Positions 1 to 30,144 of a DNA stretch of 64,000 nucleotides are shown piece after piece; position 1 is the stretch's first letter, and every line of letters starts with the position of its first letter. Source of the stretch: Macrostomum lignano (taxonomy: Eukaryota); NCBI GenBank assembly GCA_002269645.1, contig NIVC01001035.1, forward strand, positions 62,001 through 126,000, written 5' to 3'. The notes under the pieces are model-generated. The model did no database searches. It saw only the letters and a program-made list of their open reading frames with translations, and was not told the DNA's origin. Position numbers and translations under genes: made by a program.

Positions 1-437
1 CGTAGCATGAAACTTTACACAGAGTAAACTGCAACCGTGAAATTACTATTGGTCCAGTTTCAGCTCGATATGCAACTTTGGCTTTGAGCAGGACGACCTG
101 CATTCCGCAGCTTTATTCATACCAGTATACGTACTTAATGGTGTGCTGAATTGGCGAAGTTTTATTTACTGGTTGTTTATTTCATTGAATACTTTTTCCA
201 TCGCATTTACATTGACTGTTAGTTGAACAATTAGATCAGTTGAACAGTTTCAGAGGCTTTGAATTTGGTTGCTTTCACCATGTTTTAGCTTTCGAGCCTG
301 AGTTTGTCTATGGCGTTTCTTTCACCATCGTCGGTTTTTGGTTCGAAGAGACTAACACCATCCCTTTTCAAGCGTGACGGGACTGTACAACACTTTGACC
401 AGTTAAGTTATCGATTTTTTGCTTTTAAAGTGATTGG

Positions 438-2890
438 TTTCGGCCTTTCGGCCCCTTTTTGGGAAAGCCTTCGGGCCTCAGGTCTCAGAAATAAATCAAT
501 TAGAGTCCTGGCCCCCCACTCCTGTCAGATGGTCAGCCCCATGGTAGCTTGATCGTGTGGCGAGCAGTCTAGGTCCTATAGCTAAGAGAGGGACAGCGAG
601 AGACAAGCAGGGAGAATTCTGAAGGTAGAGATCAGTTAATCCGCAGATTAACTAACCCGCTGCCACCAGCCCGTGCGTCCTGGCTCACCAAACCGGAACT
701 TTCGAAATCGGGCTTCCGACTAGAAGGGGCTTTGCACTTACCTGCCAACTAGTGTCTTTTTGCTGTCAGTCTCTAAGTCCTAGCCGATGATAAGGGACAC
801 TGCTGGGACTTGATCACATTGGCCATGCAGGTACAGAGAGGGGACTTGTGCAGGGGATTCTTGCAGTGGCGAGACTATGGGGTAGCTACATGTACTATTA
901 CATTGCTAAATACGAGGAATTGTACCTTTGGCCTTCAACGCACTAACTAGCCTCTCGTAGCGCTGATGATAGGCTAACTCGAACATCGGAGACCGCATGA
1001 TTCATTACCCGAGCCGCTTGGCGAACCTAGAGTGCACAGAGTACATCTCTAGCGCCGATTTTGCACTATTGGCAATTTTGCTCACTGATTTGATAGATTG
1101 ATCGACTGAGAACTGCCTTGCCATTGGTCCACTGTGACCGGCGCCTACTAGCTTAGCTCCTCATCTGAGCCATCGGCGAACAAAGAAATAAAACCAATAA
1201 AAATAACTGTCAGATTTAACCTTCTCCTTAAATCACTTCACACTTCAGATTGAATTGGAGTTTCAGACTACTAATAGTTTATTAAGTGATTTCTGCCTCG
1301 ATAACAGCACTGTTGAATAAAATGAGCAAAAGTGTGCGCCTAATCCAGCTACTGAAACAGGGGACAGATAAGGAATCACCCAATCAAGCAAGTCTAGGTA
1401 GCCTCTCACCCAACCAATCAGAAACTCAACAGCCGGAGACCAGGAAATCCGCAGTGACCGAATCGGCTTAGTGCTTCGCAGCTGTAGGCCCGGGATGATG
1501 CTGATGTCACAATCTACAATTTACTGGGATTGCCCAGTAAAAGAGGGGAATTCCCCAGGAGTAGACATGAGCTGTTTGCAGCCGAAATAGCGTGATGCAG
1601 TGTTGAGTCGGAGAGAGATAGTGCTGAAAAGCCGGAAACCCTCGTTCAGTGGTAACGCCGTGTTGGACTGTACAAATTAGTGATCAATTAGTAGTCAGCA
1701 GTGTCTTGCCGCTCGGCACTGAAGCTACCATGGGTAACTCGTACTGACGATCTAGCCCATACATTTTAGTATATAGGATTATTAGTACACAAAGGTATAA
1801 ATAATGGGATTTGTTAGGATAGGACAGAGCTAGTAACCTAGGACTCCTAGGACTTTGGCCTAACGGAGCCCGACCGTCGTCTCTTGATCCCCGGATCGCG
1901 ACTCCCCCCCCCCATCACCATCAAGGACGAATTCCCACGGTCGTCAGCAGCGAACATCAAAGTTGAGAGCATCACCTGCTAGCTATCTGCGAAGATTGTG
2001 ACATCAGCATCATCCCGGGCCTACAGCTGCGAAGCACTAAGCCGATTCGGTCACTGCGGATTTCCTGGTCTCCGGCTGTTGAGTTTCTGATTGGTTGGGT
2101 GAGAGGCAGTTAAATCTGACAGTTATTTTTATTGGTTTTATTTCTTTGTTCGCCGATGGCTCAGATGAGTGGCTAAGCTAGTAGCGCCGGCCATAGTAAA
2201 CCAATGGCAAGGCGGTTCTCAGTCGATCAATCTATCAAATCAGTGAGCAAAATTGCCAATAGTGCAAAATCGGCGCTAGAGATGTACTCTGTGCACTCTA
2301 GGTTCGCCAAGCGGCTCGGGTAATGAATCATGCGGTCTCCGATGTTCGAGTTAGCCTATCATCAGCGCTACGAGAGGCTAGTTAGTGCGTTGAAGGCCAA
2401 AAGTACAATTCCTCGTATTTAGCAATGTAATAGTACATGTAGCTACCCCATAGTGTCGCCACTGCAAGAATCCCCTGCACAAGTCCCCTCTCTGTACCTG
2501 CATGGCCAATGTGATCAAGTCCCAGCAGTGTCCCTTATCATCGGCTAGGACTTAGAGACTGACAGCAAAAAGACACTAGTTGGCAGGTAAGTGCAAAGCC
2601 CCTTCTAGTCGGTAGCCCGATTTCGAAAGTTCCGGTTTGGTGAGCCAGGACGCACGGGCTGGTGGCAGCGGGTTAGTTAATCTGCGGATTTAGCTGATCT
2701 CTACCTTCGAAATTCTCCCTGCTTGTCTCTCGCTGTCCCTCTCTTAGCTATAGGACCTAGACTGCTCGCCACACGATCAAGCTACCATGGGGCTGACCAT
2801 CTGACAGGAGTGGGGGGCCAGGGCTCTAATTGATTTATTTCTGAGACCTGAGGCCCGAAGGCTTCCCGAAAGGGGCCGAGAAGGCCGAAA
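438..2890. repeat. Long inverted repeat (foldback-like, unclassified): left arm 438-1515, spacer 1516-1992, right arm 1993-2890
   Basis: The right arm is the reverse complement of the left arm, with scattered substitutions (e.g. gatgatgctgatgtcacaatct vs agattgtgacatcagcatcatc; tttcggcc vs ggccgaaa). The left arm has ~180 extra bp (1221-1400). Confidence 0.95.
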
Positions 2891-4225
2891 TCCCATCATC
2901 TAATTTAATCTATAAACTAACAAAAAATATTCTAAATTTTTTGTTTTCACGTTTGCCTACTCCCTTCGTGATAACATAAATGCGCGCGATATTAACCAAA
3001 AAGTTAGCAAAATTTTTAATTTTTTCAAGTTCTCGGGCCCTGCTACTGCTAATCAGAAGATTAATGATTAATAATGCTTAAAAACATCGAATCAGATGCA
3101 GGTTTGACCAACTGTCGAGGTTTGAACAGTTGACATCAGAAAAAATCGCAACATGGTGCCACTGTTAAAGATTCAGAAGCTCCGCCTGTGGGGGTGTAAT
3201 TAGAGCCAATGGTCGCCAAAGTCAGAGATGGTGCAGACGGTTCCTGGACACTTCATCTTATCAGTTCGTCATTTAGATGACTAGAAGTGACGCTTCGTCA
3301 TACCAAAAAATGGTTAGAAATCTAGATGATGAAGTGACCAAATTTTAAGGACACTTGTCATCCCAAGATTTTGCAAAGCTGTAAATTGTTATTCGATTGT
3401 TCTGGTTGTACATGTAAATTGTTTACTCAATCAATAGTCAGTAAAATATAGGATTAAATACACGCTTAGAGATTCAACTTCTCGCTATAATTGGCATCCA
3501 AAATGCACACTGTACGTATACATCGCTTCGCTTCCACAAGTATAAGCGAAAAAGTATGTGGCGTGATATTAAGTAATGGATTTCTCCCTGCTCCACCTGC
3601 AGGGACTTAGCCCTTAAATCACAACCCCATACAATCTGAGCTAGAGTGTTGTCACCCCCTAAATGTGCCAACCACCTCAGTGGCGGATCCAAGAGGGGTG
3701 CAGTTGCAGGGATGGTCACTTTACCCCTCGAGACTGACATGGCCATGCAGCCCACCCCCAGAATCCAGCAGCAGGTTGCAGAACCGCCAGCTCTGATGTC
3801 AGGCAAGTCTGTGTATGATTAAATTTAATTTATTTAAGAATGTAATTGGAAACCAGGCAGGTGCTGAGTCATGTGTGCTTGATTTTGAAGCTGCTGTATT
3901 GTAACCAACCGTATTTAAATTAGACTACAATTGTTTGAGTCAAAACACACTTCATTGCATTTCCGCATATACTGTTCCTACCTATACTAGCTATACATGT
4001 ATGTGCAGTAAATTAGGGCATCGCGTTTTATAAAAACCATGCCATAAAATAAAGCTGCACTTTTATCTAGTAGGCATTAATTTTTCTTTCATGCTGGTCG
4101 GACAAATCTGATTGGCTGCTGAGAATCTCTCCGCGTGTACGATAAAAAAAATAAGTACACAGCCGAATGTACACGCAATTAGTGTGGTAAACTGCTCCAA
4201 ACTGGAATTATCAGACGTGATTATC

Positions 4226-4232
4226 TATAAAA
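4226..4232 (+). promoter_or_regulatory. TATA box of the secreted-protein gene
   Basis: TATAAAA 88 bp upstream of the ATG at 4314. Confidence 0.6.
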
Positions 4233-4313
4233 TATTTTAAAGTCAACCTGCAGAACTTGTCCGGAGTTTTGCTATACAGTTTCAAATCCACATCAGCCAA
4301 TCTACGTAGCAAA

Positions 4314-4685
4314 ATGCAGCAATTATCTGCAGTTCTGCTGATTGTGCTGTTAGTCAGCACCGCTTACGCCCTGAGCTATCGTCAGCGCGGAGGCAGACGC
4401 GGTCACCCAGTTGTGGAGGACGAGACCAGCTACAAGCTAAGGTACCTTCTTGAGCGCAAATACCAAGGCGACCCAGTAGCTCCGCCGCTGCCCGAGGAAT
4501 CCGAGGAGGCTGCGACCCCAGCTGGTAGAGGCTACCAGCAGCCAGGCGGAAGACCTGCTGCACCTCATCATCGCGGCTACGAACGTCGCGGACCCGTTGG
4601 CTACCAGGACCACCATCGTCATGGATATGGGCACCCGGAGAGAGAGTACTACTATTACGAAGATCACGATTACTACTATCGCTAG
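4314..4685 (+). CDS. Single-exon secreted Tyr/His/Gly/Arg-rich protein, 123 aa (orphan; structural protein or peptide precursor)
   Basis: ATG at 4314 in AAAATG context. Signal-peptide-like MQQLSAVLLIVLLVSTAYA. GC-rich coding-like sequence within AT-rich flanks. Upstream TATA box and downstream AATAAA. The track's start at 4257 is a non-ATG codon. Confidence 0.85.
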   Translation: MQQLSAVLLIVLLVSTAYALSYRQRGGRRGHPVVEDETSYKLRYLLERKYQGDPVAPPLPEESEEAATPAGRGYQQPGGRPAAPHHRGYERRGPVGYQDHHRHGYGHPEREYYYYEDHDYYYR

Positions 4686-4767
4686 TTTATGATGCCACGC
4701 TAAGTATATTGATATCCCCTATGAGATATTCAATGTTTGGCAATATTTTCACTACAAAAACAATCAA

Positions 4768-4773
4768 AATAAA
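4768..4773 (+). terminator. Polyadenylation signal
   Basis: AATAAA ~80 bp after the stop codon at 4685. Confidence 0.55.
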
Positions 4774-5023
4774 TATGAGCGATGCATGGTGCGATCAGTT
4801 TTGTTTAAACTTTTAATTGAAAAAAAGTTTTTAAGTTTCTTAAAACGACTGTTAGGAGTAAAGTGTAGAGTCCCATAACTCGTGACAATTTAAAGAGACG
4901 GTGCGTGCTGCTGCAATATCAAGCTATAGAGTCAAGGTCATAGCATGGGCCACAGGTGCAAACCTGGTCAAAATTTGTCTAAATTTTAAGCTGCCAAATA
5001 ACTAAAAACATGTATTATTAGAT

Positions 5024-5444
5024 CAGGGTCTTTTGAAACTTCAAAATAGCGATCCGGCCCGCTCAAGGTTTGTGTATCTTCTCAGTTCTGTTCTTTCTAA
5101 ACTCTCATCTCCTCTCCCTTCTCGTCTCTCTTTTTTCCTCTTCTCTCCCTCTTCTCTCCCCTCTAGTCTCTCCCTATTCTCTCCTCTCCGTTCTCGTCTC
5201 TCCTCCCCCTTCTCGTCTCGTTTCGCTCCTCTCCTCTCACTTCTCCTCTTCTCTTTCTCCTCTCTCCTCTATCCACTCTCCTCTCTTCTTTATCATTTCT
5301 CTTCTCTTTTACTTCATTTCCTCGCCTTTTCCTTTCTCCTGTTTCGCTTCTCTTTTCTCATTTCTTTTCTCTCTCCTCCTCTGGCCCGCAGTCATGCCCT
5401 GGGTTCTCTACCTGACCTTTGAGGTAAATTTGTGCCGACCCCTG
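5024..5444. mobile_element. Non-autonomous hAT-type (Charlie/Buster-like) element with a CT-rich core (5080-5385)
   Basis: Imperfect TIRs CAGGGTC... and ...GACCCCTG. Subterminal GGCCCGC motifs. 8-bp TSD TATTAGAT (5016-5023) / CATTAGAT (5445-5452) with central TA. Confidence 0.75.
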
Positions 5445-5766
5445 CATTAGATCAAGATTTCGGTCATAGGTCAAAAATCAAAATCAAGGTCGCTCGTTCT
5501 ATTTATTCTACGTGTGGTGGGTAAACGGTGAGAGAAATAGTACCTGCATTTTTACCAGTAAACGCATCGTCATCTAAGTAGTAGTTGACTAATTTTTATA
5601 TCATGGGTTTAATCTGTTTGGTTTTAAGCGGTAGCAGAAACAATTAAAGCAGACAAAATTTGGAGGTTGCTCAAAAATTATTTTTCTCTACAAAAGTGCA
5701 ACAATAGCACACCGCAGTCAGCCGATTAAAACCACTTCGCGCCCAAGCTTGGTTCTGTAAGATGGC

Positions 5767-6596
5767 TTAAAAGCCCAAAGGCCTGCAGAGCAGTCCATAG
5801 ACAAATTTGTCTTTTTTGCTGAATCGAGTGCACACCCTAGAAGCCCAGAAGTAAAGTATATCACATAGTTTTTCAGCTAGCTCCTGTTCAAACCTTCCTA
5901 CCCACAAATGGCTTTTACGCGGCCGAATAGGACAGCTAAAAGTGACGCCTTGCGTAGACTGGGACTCGATTCCGATTCGGAAGACGCTTTATCAAGCAAT
6001 GACTTGACGGTTTTTTAGTCAGAAACGGAGTCGGAAGGCATGGATCCAGAAATTGATCCTGACTGAAGAGTTTCTCACCACAGTCTTGTCACATGGACCA
6101 ATGAGCGAATGTGGTTGGCAGTCAGGGAGTTCCAGCAGGAGAGTGCAGAAAATGGTGAGGAAGAGAGCGAGAGTTGTTGCTGAGCTTAGCCGCGAAGTGC
6201 TGGGCGAAGGATACCACATATACACGGACGACTCCCAGCAACGGGAAGCCCAGACTCGCCCAAGCAAACGATTCCGAATTTGAAATCTGCCGTTCCAGCT
6301 AAGAAGACAGTATTTTGCTGCAGCCAATGTCCCGGAAATCCTGGTCTCTGTCCAGATCCATGCTAATTCATCCACGCTTTATTTCCCCTTTAACATTTCC
6401 CATTTGAGTGAAAACACAATGGAAATGCATAATGGACGTCTTTAAATCAGTCATGGCCTGCACAGCAGGCCATACTGGGCACTTGCTTTAGTGATTGGGA
6501 GATGGTTTTTGATGCCATAGACATTTTTCAATCTCTGGGTTTCTGGGCCGTTTCGGTATGGCCTGCAGTGCAGGCCTTTGGCTTCCAAATGGTTAA
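5767..6596 (+). mobile_element. Internally deleted piggyBac-like DNA transposon (transposase relic)
   Basis: TTAA at 5767-5770 and 6593-6596. Inverted ends share CCAAAGGCCTGCA..GCAG.CCATA. Relic peptides: acidic N-terminus (GLDSDSED), VLGEGYHIYTDD (piggyBac GYHLYTDN motif), and Cys-rich tail KKTVFCCSQCPGNPGLCPDPC. Contains stops and frameshifts. Confidence 0.85.
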
Positions 6597-7557
6597 AACT
6601 TATATATTTACTATATTACTAGTAGCGCTGGTGCACAATAGCAAAATATATTTCTTAGAAGAACAAGAAAACAATCAATCTGATGTTTTTCTCAATTGCA
6701 CTGAAATTCGTTGACAGTTCAAAATTCAAACCAAGAGAGAAAACATTATAAAGCAACAAAAAAGAATTGAAAAGACCGTTTTTTATTCGCTAGTTTTTAT
6801 ACAGTCCTCCGCTGGCGGACAAAAGTAGATATATTGCCAAATCTGCCTACTGACAGTAGCCAAGTGAAGTAGTAGTTTCGACTATTATTTTTTTCGCATA
6901 AATAAAAAAGCAAGAAAAAACACAGATTATCAACAGAAAAAGTGAAAGCTTTCAGAATTCATCAACAACCCCCCCCCCACAGGCTGCCCGTTAGCTGAAG
7001 CAGTGAACTGATCTCAATCATTGGAACGAACAGAAAATAAACTGATAGAAAAAAGCAGACAAAGTAAAAAACACAGAATGCATGAACTGTGCAACGTTGG
7101 CTTTTAAAAAAACCACAAAAACCCGACAGCACAGAGATGCTGTCAAATTCTGGTTGAACAAGAATAACCCATGGCCGAGTGCCGGACACACTGTCTGTAG
7201 ACACCATCAGTTTAAGGCAGTTTAAGTTGCCGCAATAATGAAACGCATTTTCTCATTTCTTAAGGAAAAAGAGAAGAAAGTAGAAAGAAAACGCAAACAG
7301 AAAAACAGGCATTTGAGAATCAGAGACAGAATGAGTTAATCTTGAGAGACCTTGTCTTCTCATTCTCTTTACGCAATTCAGAATCGCAATAGAAATTCTC
7401 GAATGCAGATTTGAAAGTGGAAATTGTAATCTTAATAACTTTGTGGTTCGAGAAAAGAAGATCAAGAGTTGGGATACTGAGTTTTGAGATTTCAGACCGA
7501 AATTTTTGTAGATCTGAAATGGGGTTCTGAGATTTGGGATCAGAATCCTTAGAATTT

Positions 7558-8067
7558 AATCGGGACTTACAGCTCAAGAATCGTGACTTACGGCTCAGGA
7601 ATCAGGACTTGCAGCTCAGGAATCAGGACTTGCAGCTCAGGAATCGGGACTTACAAGACAGGAATCGGGACTTACAGGACAGGAATCGGGACTTACGGCT
7701 CAGGAATCGGGACTTACAGCTCAGGAATCGGGACTTACAGCTCAGGAAGCGGGACTTACGGCTCAGGAATCGAGACTTACAGCTCAGGAATCGGGACTTA
7801 CAGCTCAGGAATCGGGACTTACAGGGCAGGAATCGGGACTTACAGGGCAGGAATCGGGACTTACAGCTCAGGAAGCGGGACTTACATAGCAGGGATCGGG
7901 ACTTACGGCTCAGGAATCGGGACTTACAGGGCAGGAATCGGGACTTACAGCTCAGGAATCGGGACTTACAGCTCAGGAATCGGGACTTACAGCTCAGGAA
8001 TCGGGACTTACAGCTCAGGAAGCGGGACTTACGGCTCAGAAATCGGGACTTACGGCTCAGGAAGCGA
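7558..8067. repeat. 21-bp minisatellite AATCGGGACTTACAGCTCAGG (~24 copies)
   Basis: Direct tandem periodicity. Confidence 0.95.
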
Positions 8068-8761
8068 GATTCGATGCAGACCGACCAAAAGCTTCAAGTA
8101 TCTCCTGAACAGTCAATCAATCAAGTTATTCTAAATTTCACATTTTGAATAACGAATTAATAATCAAGCAAAGGAATAAACACAAAAGCAAACCTGTCAT
8201 AGGCACACGGTGTAATGGATTATTAGCCCATTTAATCTGCTTATTATTTCAATAGCGCTGCAAGATTAAGCTAAATATTTACACCTTAAAATGTACGCTT
8301 AAATACATACGTATCTAGTCAGTAAAAAAGTAAAGACACAAATTGAGGACAAAACTGGTTGCTACGGGGTCAGAGAAGTGCTCAGCCTTAATTGAGCTTG
8401 TCTGAGAGACAGAAAAGTTGTGAAAAAAAGAGCGACAGAAAAAAGCACTGCTTATCAATATAAGTAGTCTGTCTTGTATATAAATGAGTATAAATATAGA
8501 AATATGCTCAGTCTATGTCACCCATCATCAGAGACCAAGTAAGACACAGTAGAAAAGCAGCTCTCTGATGACTAAAAAACCGCGACTTGCATTGGGGCTG
8601 GCCGAGCGGCAAAGTTGCAAATATCGACTGTACATATTTATACATGTACAATGGTAAAATTGACACAATGCGAGTGATTGCCGGTTTACCCCGGCTAATC
8701 CGTGGCATGGGGGTTCGAATTTTTAAAGTCAAACTCAAGGGTATTCGTTTAATTTGCGTCT

Positions 8762-9185
8762 GGGGTCTCTAGATCACTGCCTGGGTATCTAGATCACTGC
8801 CTGGGGTATCTAGAGCACACCCGGGGTATTTAGAGCACGCCTGGGGTATCTAGAGCACTGCCTGGGATATCTAGAGCATTGTCTGGGGTATCTAGAGCAT
8901 TGTCTGGGGTATCTAGAGCACTGCCTTGGGTATCTAGATCACTGCCTGGGGTATCTAGAGCACTGCCTTGGGTATCTAGATCACTGCCTGGGGTATCTAG
9001 ATCACTGCCTGGGGTATCTAGAGCACTGCCTTGGGTATCTAGATCACTGCCTGGGGTATCTAGAGCACGCCTGGGGTATCTAGAGCACTGCCTGGGGTAT
9101 CTAGAGCACCGTATGAGGTATCTTGATCATTGTCTGGGGTATCTAGTTAAGCAGCAGGGCTATTTAAATAACTGCCTGGGTATCT
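8762..9185. repeat. 21-bp minisatellite CTGGGGTATCTAGAGCACTGC
   Basis: Direct tandem periodicity. Confidence 0.9.
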
Positions 9186-9227
9186 AAATAATAAATTTTA
9201 AGGGTATAACAAATAAGTATCCGAGGG

Positions 9228-9785
9228 CATTTAGATAAGTATCCGAGGGTATTTAGATAAGTGTCAGAGGGTATCCAGATAAGTGCCAGAGGGTATCAAG
9301 ATAAGTGTCAGAGGGTATCCAGATAAGTGCCAGAGGGTATCAAGATAAGTGTCAGAGGGTATCCAGATAAGTGCCAGAGGGTATCAAGATAAGTGTCAGA
9401 GGGTATCTAGATAAGTGCCAGAGGGTATCTAGATAAGTGTCAGAGGGTATCTAGATAAGTGCCAGAGGGTATCCAGATAAGTGTCAGAGGGTATCCAGAT
9501 AAGTGCCAGAGGGTATCCAGATAAGTGCCAGAGGGTATCCAGATAAGTGCCAGAGGGTATCCAGATAAGTGCCAGAGGGTATCCAGATAAGTGCCAGAGG
9601 GTATCCAGATAAGTGCCAGAGGGTATCCAGATAAGTGTCAGAGGGTATCCAGATAAGTGCCAGAGGGTATCCAGATAAGTGCCAGAGGGTATCCAGATAA
9701 GTGCCAGAGGGTATCCAGATAAGTGCCAGAGGGTATCCAGATAAGTGCCAGAGGGTATCCAGATAAGTGCCAGAGGGTATCTAGA
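9228..9785. repeat. 22-bp minisatellite CAGAGGGTATCCAGATAAGTGC
   Basis: Direct tandem periodicity. Confidence 0.95.
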
Positions 9786-9874
9786 AGCGCATCCGAAGCC
9801 AATCAGAAGTTCGACAATTTCATAATAAATTCCAGTTAAACTATTCTGACTCCAGAATCAGCCAAATATCAAGC

Positions 9875-29435
<19,561 letters not shown>

Positions 29436-29593
29436 CTGCAAGGGTTGCAGATACAGTTTCGCTTGTTGACAAGTGTAAAATAATTGACATAGAATCTAAT
29501 TAATCAGCCAACAGAGCGAAATGTAGCTTAAGCTAAACTTGTCAGTATGCTTTTTGTCACGGTGGCTGCCTTGCGGCTGAGGGTGACGCAAGA

Positions 29594-29829
29594 TACAGAG
29601 GGGGGCGCCAGCTACAGAGGGGGCGCCAACTACAGAGGGGGCGCCAGCTACAGAGGGGGCACCAGCTACAGAGGGGGCGCCAACTACAGAGGGGGCGCCA
29701 GCGGCCAGCTACAGAGGGGGGCGCCAGCTACAGAGGAAGCGCCAGCTACAGAGGAGGCGCCAGCTACAGAGGAGGCGCCAGCTACAGAGGGGGCGCCAGC
29801 TACAGAGGAGGCGCCAGCTACAGAGGGGG
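29594..29829. repeat. 18-bp G-rich minisatellite GGGGGCGCCAGCTACAGA (~13 copies)
   Basis: Tandem periodicity. Confidence 0.95.
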
Positions 29830-30144
29830 CGTTTGAATGACGCAAAATGTAGAAATGACACAATCGAATATATCCTCTAAAAAAATAAAAATGACGCGCA
29901 AAAAATCAACGTTCCAAAAAAGGATATATTCTAAATATACCCCATATAAAAAATGACGAAACGTTAACCAATAAAACGACACAAGATTTTCTCTATCCAA
30001 ACAAAAATAAAGCTGAAATCAGATATACTACTTTAAGGCGAAAAACAAAGACACATATTTGACTTCAAGAGAAAACTACAATCCTTCGAATAACTATTTG
30101 AAATTATATTTATTCAAAAACCTATGCTAATAAAAATATCTGCG

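Noticed and set aside
438-2890. DIRS-type retrotransposon or canonical hammerhead retrozyme
   Set aside because: No ORFs and no region complementary to the extreme termini. The only CTGATGA (963-969) lacks a stem II-GAAA partner.
3678-3795. CAGTGGCGGATCC-type MITE
   Set aside because: Only the left terminus is clear; the right terminus is too degenerate and there is no TSD.
7534-8148. 204-aa and 183-aa repeat ORFs (LRNRDLQ / SSGIGTY)
   Set aside because: They are translations of a 21-bp minisatellite, start at non-ATG codons in the track, and have no signal peptide or splice context.
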